From Eledone cirrhosa (taxonomy: Eukaryota), in NCBI GenBank assembly GCA_964016885.1, contig OZ024746.1, positions 2,852,001 to 2,916,000 of the forward strand: DNA of 64,000 nucleotides, read 5' to 3'. Both the position numbers and the translations under genes were made by a program. Positions 57,048 through 64,000 of this stretch are shown here, piece by piece; position 1 is the stretch's first letter; each line of letters starts with the position of its first letter. Under the pieces are notes generated by a model. It did not search any database. It was not told where the DNA came from and saw nothing but the letters and a program-made list of their open reading frames with translations.

Positions 57048-57169
57048 CTTGTAGAGCAACCTTGCTCTCTGTCCTTTACGACATTCAACAATTTCTTCAT
57101 TTTTAAACATCTATCTCGGGGTAAACTATGTGTACAATCATTTGATATCAGATGAATATTCAAGCAGAC
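57048..57169 (-). CDS. Candidate exon of an unidentified - strand gene
   Basis: gtgttag|GTCTGC...ACAAG|gtttgg; only one frame open across the exon, VCLNIHLISNDCTHSLPRDRCLKMKKLLNVVKDREQGCST(R); phase-compatible with 56849-56792. Confidence 0.4.
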
Positions 57170-57784
57170 CTAACACATAAACAAACATTGTGTAACAGTC
57201 ACCAGGGTCTGATAAACTTGAGAGCACCTTCAAGAATATTCTTGTAGGAGCAACATGAACAAAAAAATCAAAAACAAGAAAAACTTTGATGAATAAAAAA
57301 GAAAAAAATCAATTGAATTGTAATTGTTTTGTTTTATTTGTTGTTAAATTGTTAATGGATTTACTTTCTTAGTTTCACCAGAGCCACATTATCCAATCTG
57401 TAAGGCAGAGAATTGGCAGTCACCGGGCCGTTGGATTAAAATACCTCAGTATTTGTTTCAGGTCTCTGCATTCTGAGTTCAAATCCTGTTGAAGTCAACT
57501 TTGCCTTTCATCTTTTTGAGGTTGATTAATAAGGTAGCAGTCCAGTCATGGGACCTATCCTCTCTCAGAAACTGGCTGTGTTCAGACCTGGAGGGGGATG
57601 GACTTCACCAAATTTTAAAGGCCCAAGATGGTGCCCCTATGACACCATCAAGAGTTAAGGACCTAATAAGTACTTATTTCTTTTCTTAAGAGTATAGGTT
57701 GTGATTTGAGGGAGATTTTTGGCTGCTATTTCTAGTAGGTTAAACAACTTCTTAGATACGCCCTTGTTGACTCATCCATTTGGT

Positions 57785-58600
57785 ACTTTCTCAATCAGCT
57801 CCAAGTATTACAAAGGCAACAGCTCAATAGCACTACTGGATAGAATTGTTGGAAGGCAACTTCCAAAGTTACCTGAGACACTTTGGAATTATCTTGACAA
57901 GTATCAACCTTGTCAGACACTGTATTTTCTGAGATATTTTCAACCATACTAGAAAATCCAGAGGATTGGAGTGCTTCAGAATTGGCACTGGGGAGGGGAT
58001 TCATTGCAGCCCTGGTATTTGAAACTATATTGAGTGGCTCAGAGATTCTGTTTTCAATTCTTCAAAAAGTTTGCTTTATATTGAGGTATATTTGAGAAGA
58101 AACAATTGGTTGATATCAGGAACAGCATGTTTGAGAAATTTACTTGGATGGTGCCTCTGAAGCACTGGAGAAGTGAGGTCGACATCAAGAACCAGAAACT
58201 GTTTTAAGAACTTTATTTAACATTTTGGATGAAGTTATTGGCCACGTTAAGCAAAGATTTAAAACAATGGGAGAGTTCAGATTTATTGAATTGTTGAATC
58301 TGAAGCTTCTCCATGCTTACAAAAAAAATTTCCAATGGAAGTGTTTTCATCTTTGGATGTCTATATAAATATATTGGATTTCGATGGATTGAAATGCAAG
58401 CTGAAATCAGTTTTGCAAAGCAAGTGTCAAGCATCAATATACCTAAACTATAAGGGTAAACTTTATCTGTTGTTGGGCTACAGCTATAGGAACATGGCTT
58501 CTCTCAAGAACGTGTGCATACAAAAGTTGCTAGTCCAAGTAATATTGCTGTTTGTGCTTCCTCTGGAGAAATATGTATTGTTGTTTAGAAAGAGGTTCTA
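57785..58600 (+). pseudogene. Decayed hAT (ZMYM1-like) transposase fragment
   Basis: Frameshifted pieces ALLDRIVGRQLPKLPETLWNY, FSTILENPEDW, FETILSGSEILFSILQK and LFNILDEVIGHVKQRFKTMGEFRFIELLN...FPMEVFSSL resemble hAT transposase core segments (PTRWN-like motif); recognised from memory, no search run. Confidence 0.7.
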
Positions 58601-59219
58601 GACTTATAGTAAATAACAGGAAGAAGTAAGACAGTAAAGTGATTAAGAAGTAACGTGTGTGTGACAGCTCCCATCTATGCAGGTTCAGCTGGCCTCCTCC
58701 AAGGTATACCTCATTGGAGATGTCTTGGATAATTTAAGGATAGGGACCCCAGTCCTATCATCTCATTTCTACAGCTGAGTAAACTGGGGCAATGTGAAAT
58801 AAAGAGTCTTGCTCAAGGAAAAAAACATCACCCGGTACGAGAATTGAACTCACAACCTTTCGATTGCAAGCCCAATGCTCTAACCACTAAGCCATGCGCC
58901 TTCATTAAGAAGTAACATAGTATTGAATAACAACATGGAAAGATCGTATAAAAGAATACACATAAGATTATGGTATGGTCCTGTAACTCTTGATGGCATC
59001 GTAGGGGCACCGTAGTGACATACGGCATTTCTTGGGCATTTTAAGCCAGATGGAGCCCATCCTATTCCTGACTACAGCAGATTTCTTTTGAGAGAGAGGA
59101 AGTGAGAAAAAGATATAGTGGAAGAATCGACAACAGTGCGAGACGGCTGCCAATTCACCTCTTTAAAAAAAAGTACATAAGATAATATGACTAACAAAAT
59201 GAGAAGATACACACACACA

Positions 59220-59425
59220 CAAACTGAGGCACTCCGTCGGTTATAACGATGTGTGTTCCAGTTGATCAACGGAACAGCCTGCTCATGAAATTAACGTGCA
59301 CCCTTAATGGAGTTCTCAGGAAGATTCAGTGTGACACAGAATGTGACAAGGCTGGCCATTCGAACTACCGGTACAACTCATTTTTGCCAGCTGAGTGGAC
59401 TGGAGCAACATGAAATAAAATGTCT
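59220..59425 (-). mobile_element. SINE fragment (family B-related)
   Basis: ggcactccgtcggtta..cga...ttccagttgatc..cggaacagcctgctc.tgaaattaacgtgca ... cagctgagtggactggagcaacatgaaat. Confidence 0.7.
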
Positions 59426-60577
59426 TAATAATAATAACGAAATTATTCTGTACAGTGCTCAGGTGCACTACAACTCATCAAACGTGCATGTATAGTACAT
59501 AGAATAATGTACAAATGTCTTGTTCAATGACTCAAAGCGCCGCCTGGAAAAGCCATGCTCCTTCACACACGTACAAGTCTACGGACATGAAGAGTTGTTT
59601 CCCTTGTCTATCATCTCGTTTGACATAAAAAAATGTTTTTCTTTTCATTTTATGAGGTTTTGTTGCTCGACCTGCTAAAAATAGCAGATAAATTTCCTTT
59701 GAATTATACTTTATTTTCGAAAGACACTTTACATAACGTTGACCACAGTTTGGGGGGGAAAACAACAACAAAAAACTATTACAGACTATTACTATTCGAT
59801 CGGAGCTGACCGGAGTAAAACAATGAGTATAAAAATATATTGACCAAGGAAAATATTGAAATTTTCTGTATCTTTAAAATAAACACTGTGTCATTTAAGT
59901 ATAGATTGAAAAAGAAATCGATATTTGTTTAAAATATGAACATGAAGAAATAATTAATTCATTTATATTGAAAACCGACTTCATGATTCCCATCATTCAG
60001 TTGAGAGAGTGGTGTCTTCACTTGTCACCTTCAATCCTTGGCTTCTCACAGTTCGTCCAATTCTCTAACGCTAAATATGTAAGTACGTACTCACACACTC
60101 ACAAAAACACTTGCTCTCGGGTCCCCAATAATAAGGGACAGGGCTGGAATAAGCAGGGTGGGGTTGAAAGATAGGTAATTATTTTAGGTTGTCTCTGTTG
60201 ATTTTAAAAAAAACCAGAATCAGTCGTTTAGTTTACATATTGAAACCCCAATCCATCCTATTTATTTTATAACGTAGGGAATTTCTATTAATGTATCTTT
60301 TTGTTTGTCATGTATGTTTTTTAATGTCTAAAGAAAATTGTCACAGGAATGCTACAATTTCGCAGGAGATAGATTAGCAACATTTAATAAGCGGGGGGGG
60401 GGGGATAAGAGCAGGTGTGTGTGTGTGAAAAATTAATAAACGAGGACGGGGGACAATTATTCGAAACCCAAGTACAGTGTCAACCTTCACACATTAAATA
60501 GCTATTTCCTTAATTTACTTTCTCATAACACATTTTGTAAAAAATTCCATCAATTTAGGACTCCTCGCATTTACATA

Positions 60578-61110
60578 TAATAATAATAATGAAATATTGT
60601 GTACAGTGCTCAGGTGCACTACAACTCATCAAAAGTGTATGTATAGTACATAGGGTAATGCACAAACGTCAGGAAAATGAACAGTGCATGAGTCATGATA
60701 TACATGTGTGCATGTGTATGGAAGGGGTACATCAGGTGTAGTTTTGGCGAATTTTGGGAAGCATGAGTGTTTTAAAGGATGCAGTGTCTCGACAGCTAAC
60801 AACTGACGCAGGCAGTTTGTTCCATGCTTCAGCAACTCTGAGCCTGAAAAAATGTTTCCGAAAGTCATAGGAGCTGTGCTGTTTTCTGATTTTGTAGGCA
60901 TGTCCACGTGTGTTAGACACATGGAGATCAAAATGGTGCTCAGGGTTGTTGTTGGCGACATGCTTAATAACTTTGTGGATGTTTACCAAGTCCATTGCCA
61001 GACGTCGGAGCTTCAATGAATCCATGCCCAGGGAAGCAAGGTGTTCAGAGTATGGTAGGTGCCTGATGGAGGGTATGCGCTTGGTTGCACGTTTCTGAAC
61101 AGTTTCCAGT
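60578..61110 (-). mobile_element. CR1/L2-like LINE 3' fragment with (ATT)n tail; short second tail at 59426-59520
   Basis: LETVQKRATKR...LKLRRLAMDL...NTRGHAYKI...RKHFFRLRVAEAWNKLP...ASFK. Confidence 0.88.
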
Positions 61111-61366
61111 TTACGATAATTTGTGAGTTGCTCCTCAACTTTGGATTAGTGGGGGGGGGGGGGGGTCTTCGGGCTTATTTTGAAGTCTGTAAAAAAGACT
61201 GATTGTTGGTGGGTTAAACAGGACCCTTTTGTAAAGTTGCAATACTAATCCAAAGACCGTTTAAACAAAAAACAAAGTTAAATAGTTTCCAACGCTATTA
61301 TATGGAAATGTTATAATTTATAATTTTAAAATCATTTACTGTAAATACAATTTTTATAAAAATATT

Positions 61367-61404
<38 letters not shown>

Positions 61405-61417
61405 CTAGAGAGAGAGA

Positions 61418-61679
61418 TGACTGCATTGGTGTGGACATGTGATGTGCATGGGCAATGACCAATGGGTGAAGAAATGCCAGGAAATCCCAGTGGAAGGAAG
61501 CCACAGTAGAGGACGACCAAGAAAGACCTGGGCAGAGGTCGTGAGAGCTGACCTCAAATTGCTAAGACTGCCAGAGGAGATGACGAAGGAACGTGAGAAA
61601 TGGAGAGCAGCTGTGCTGAGAAGGACCTGTCCAACCCATGCAAGTGTGCAAAAGTGGACGTAAAAACAATGATGATGAT
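61418..61679 (+). mobile_element. RTE LINE 3' end with (TGA)n tail
   Basis: LHWCGHVMCM...VKKC..IPVEGSHSRGRPRKTWAEVVRADL...WR; tail ccaacccatgcaagtgtg..aaagtggacgtaaaa..atgatgatgat is shared with the SINE tails. Confidence 0.88.
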
Positions 61680-62774
61680 ATTTACGTGTGTATATATATA
61701 TAGTTATATATATATATAGTTATATATTGAGTGATATAACTATATATATATGGCTGAGGGAAATGGATTCGCAATCTTGAGGTTGTGAGTTCGATTCCCG
61801 GACCGGGTGATGTGTTACGTCCTTGAGCAAGACACATTATTTCATGTTGCTCCTTCTACCTGGAGTTGCGACCAATAGTATTAGCAACTGGAAAGACCAA
61901 TGGAAACATTGTTTCCTCGGTCCGATTTGATGAAAGTTGATCGACTGTCTATATTGTTATACTTTGGGAGGGTCATGCTGCCAATAAAAACACATGCACC
62001 AGTTGAATTTCACTTCAATTTATTATAAGCTCCTAGTCGGTTAGTTTAATAACCAGATGGTTGTTTAATTGTTGATTTTCAAAGTTCTTTTGTCTCACAT
62101 TCTATGACCTCCTCAGTGACTACCTTTGTTGTTATTTTGTGTCTCATCTTTGTTCTGTTGTATTCCATCTTGTTTTTGTGAACTGTTAACAAATTGTGAA
62201 ATTGATAGAGCTTGATTAATTTTTTTTTTTTTTTTCACAAAAGAGACAGGCTGAAGTTTTCTCCAACATACCTCGAGTCCTTGTTCAGATTTACTTTGTG
62301 AAGTTATTTTTTATCAGGGAAAATTTAAATTAATTTTGAATGAAAAAATATCATATTTTCAGAGACTAACATTTCTAATTAGTTGAATCTCAATTTCAAA
62401 AAATATCTAATATATTAGACAATATGTTTCTTGTAACCCTCCAGTTTAAACATACTGTATTTCTTGGCATTAAAGATGCTATTTGTTTCCTAAAATAAGT
62501 CTCGAAACTCTACGATGCGTCCTGGATGCCGAGGTTGCATTTTTCATAGGCATATCCTAACCCCAGAGGAAAATTATCTCTGCTAGACAGGAATCTGAAC
62601 TCCTGTATATGACCTCTCAATGAAGTTTATAAATTATAATTAGTTAAAGTAGTAAATAAATATTTATTTATTTAAAATATTTATAGGGTAAATTTTTATA
62701 ACACCTGACACACTTTGGAGGTGAAATTTATGGTTCAAAACCTTCACTAGTTATTTGTTCTTTAATTACAGTGA

Positions 62775-63105
62775 TGTTGTCTGGTGTAGTGTAGTTGTGG
62801 TGTGGTGTTGTGTAGTGTAGTCTAGTGTTGTGTAGTGTAGTCTGGTGTTGTGTAGTGTTGACTGACGTGATGTCTTTTGTACTGTAGTGTAGTGTAGTTT
62901 TGTGTGGTATAGTGTAGTGTGGTGTAGTGTAGTGTAGTGTTGTGTAGTCTAGTGTGGTGTTGTGTGGTGTAGTCTATTGTGTAGTGTTGTGTGGTCTAAT
63001 GTGGTGTAGTGTTGACTGATGTGATGTCTTTTGTAGTGATGTGTGGTGTTTTATAGTTAAGTGTTATGTAGTGTTGCTTTGTTTAGTGCTGTCTTGTGTG
63101 TTGTA
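62775..63105. repeat. Degenerate (GTGTA/GTGTG)n pentanucleotide satellite
   Basis: Direct inspection. Confidence 0.85.
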
Positions 63106-64000
63106 ACTCCAACCTCTTCCATTCTCATCTACTCTCATCAAGTGAAACCAGTCATATAATTGTTTTATCAACATAACTATTAAAGTGACACTCTTTTGGA
63201 ATAGGAGGTAGCATTTTATCTTCTCACCGACACCTTTGTACTTAGTAATCAGATAAATGACTTGTATGACAGTACCATTATCAATGAAAGGAGGTGGGGT
63301 GGGGGACTAATAGCTAGAGATTATATGACTGGTGGGGAAAATCCTAGATAAAATAAAAATCTTCATCATCACCACCATCATGACTCTCATCATCATCACC
63401 ATCACTATCATAATCAGCCTCTTCATTTACTTGATTATGATGTACATCCACTACCAGATCTGTATAGGAAAGTAGGAGAAAGGGCTATAAATGCCATAAA
63501 TGAGAGGAAAAGGAGGGTGAAAGCAAGGAGTATGAGGCCATGGAAGAAAGGGAGAGGAGAAGGGCTCTATGTTAGGGCAGGTAACTGCAATTCACCTTTG
63601 TACAAACTAACATTTCATGAGCCAGGAGTCAAAAGGAGAGTCTGTACACAGTCACTTCACCTGTTAAAAATAGCAACCAAATCCTCTTCAAATCACACTA
63701 TCTACTATCTTAAAGAAGAATATATTAGACAATATGGTCTCAGATCTACATTAAAATGATGTGATCATTAGTTGAATGAGTTTGATCAGAAATGTTCTCA
63801 ATCAGGTCTGACATGGTGTTAAACAGAAACATTCAGTACATGGTATATTCTTGTTCTTTCGTTCTCATCAATTCTCAATATGTGGTCATTGCTGTTGTTT
63901 AACCTCAAGTCAGCTCTGATTAAGCAGTCCTAGAATGAATCAGCAGCAATCCAGCCATGACCATCCTCTTCTTTTGAGTATCTAGGACTGGCCAATGCAT

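Noticed and set aside
62240-62620. Possible exon on either strand
   Set aside because: Stop codons in the frames I examined and no recognisable motif.

Overview
Eukaryotic, AT-rich, repeat-dense animal DNA; the SINE/RTE repeat families suggest an octopus-type cephalopod (inference). Most of the window (2735-45434, + strand) is the 3' part of a spliced DNMBP/Tuba-family gene (DH RhoGEF - BAR - SH3 - SH3). I reconstructed 15 coding exons (one of them tentative) with GT-AG sites and consistent phases, about 773 aa to the stop codon. Its last intron holds a head-to-tail stack of Tx1-like (L1 clade) non-LTR retrotransposon copies on the - strand. One copy has an intact 1145-aa APE-RT ORF2, and every element junction lies in (GATA/TATC)n, which suggests a microsatellite-targeted family that inserts into its own tails. 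Other notable items: a minimal type-I hammerhead ribozyme fold in the sense strand of an intron (6522-6576); a CRISPR-like-looking array of ten ~39-bp constant units separated by variable (ACC)n tracts (4999-6365); two Helitron copies; hAT, mariner and piggyBac-type MITEs; RTE and CR1 fragments; a decayed hAT transposase; several kb of (TA/TG) microsatellite; 41- and 74-bp minisatellites duplicated across a 200-N gap (likely an assembly artefact); and a few possible exons of an unidentified - strand gene. Almost all long ORFs in the supplied track, except 38782-42243 and 42861-43796, are microsatellite artefacts.
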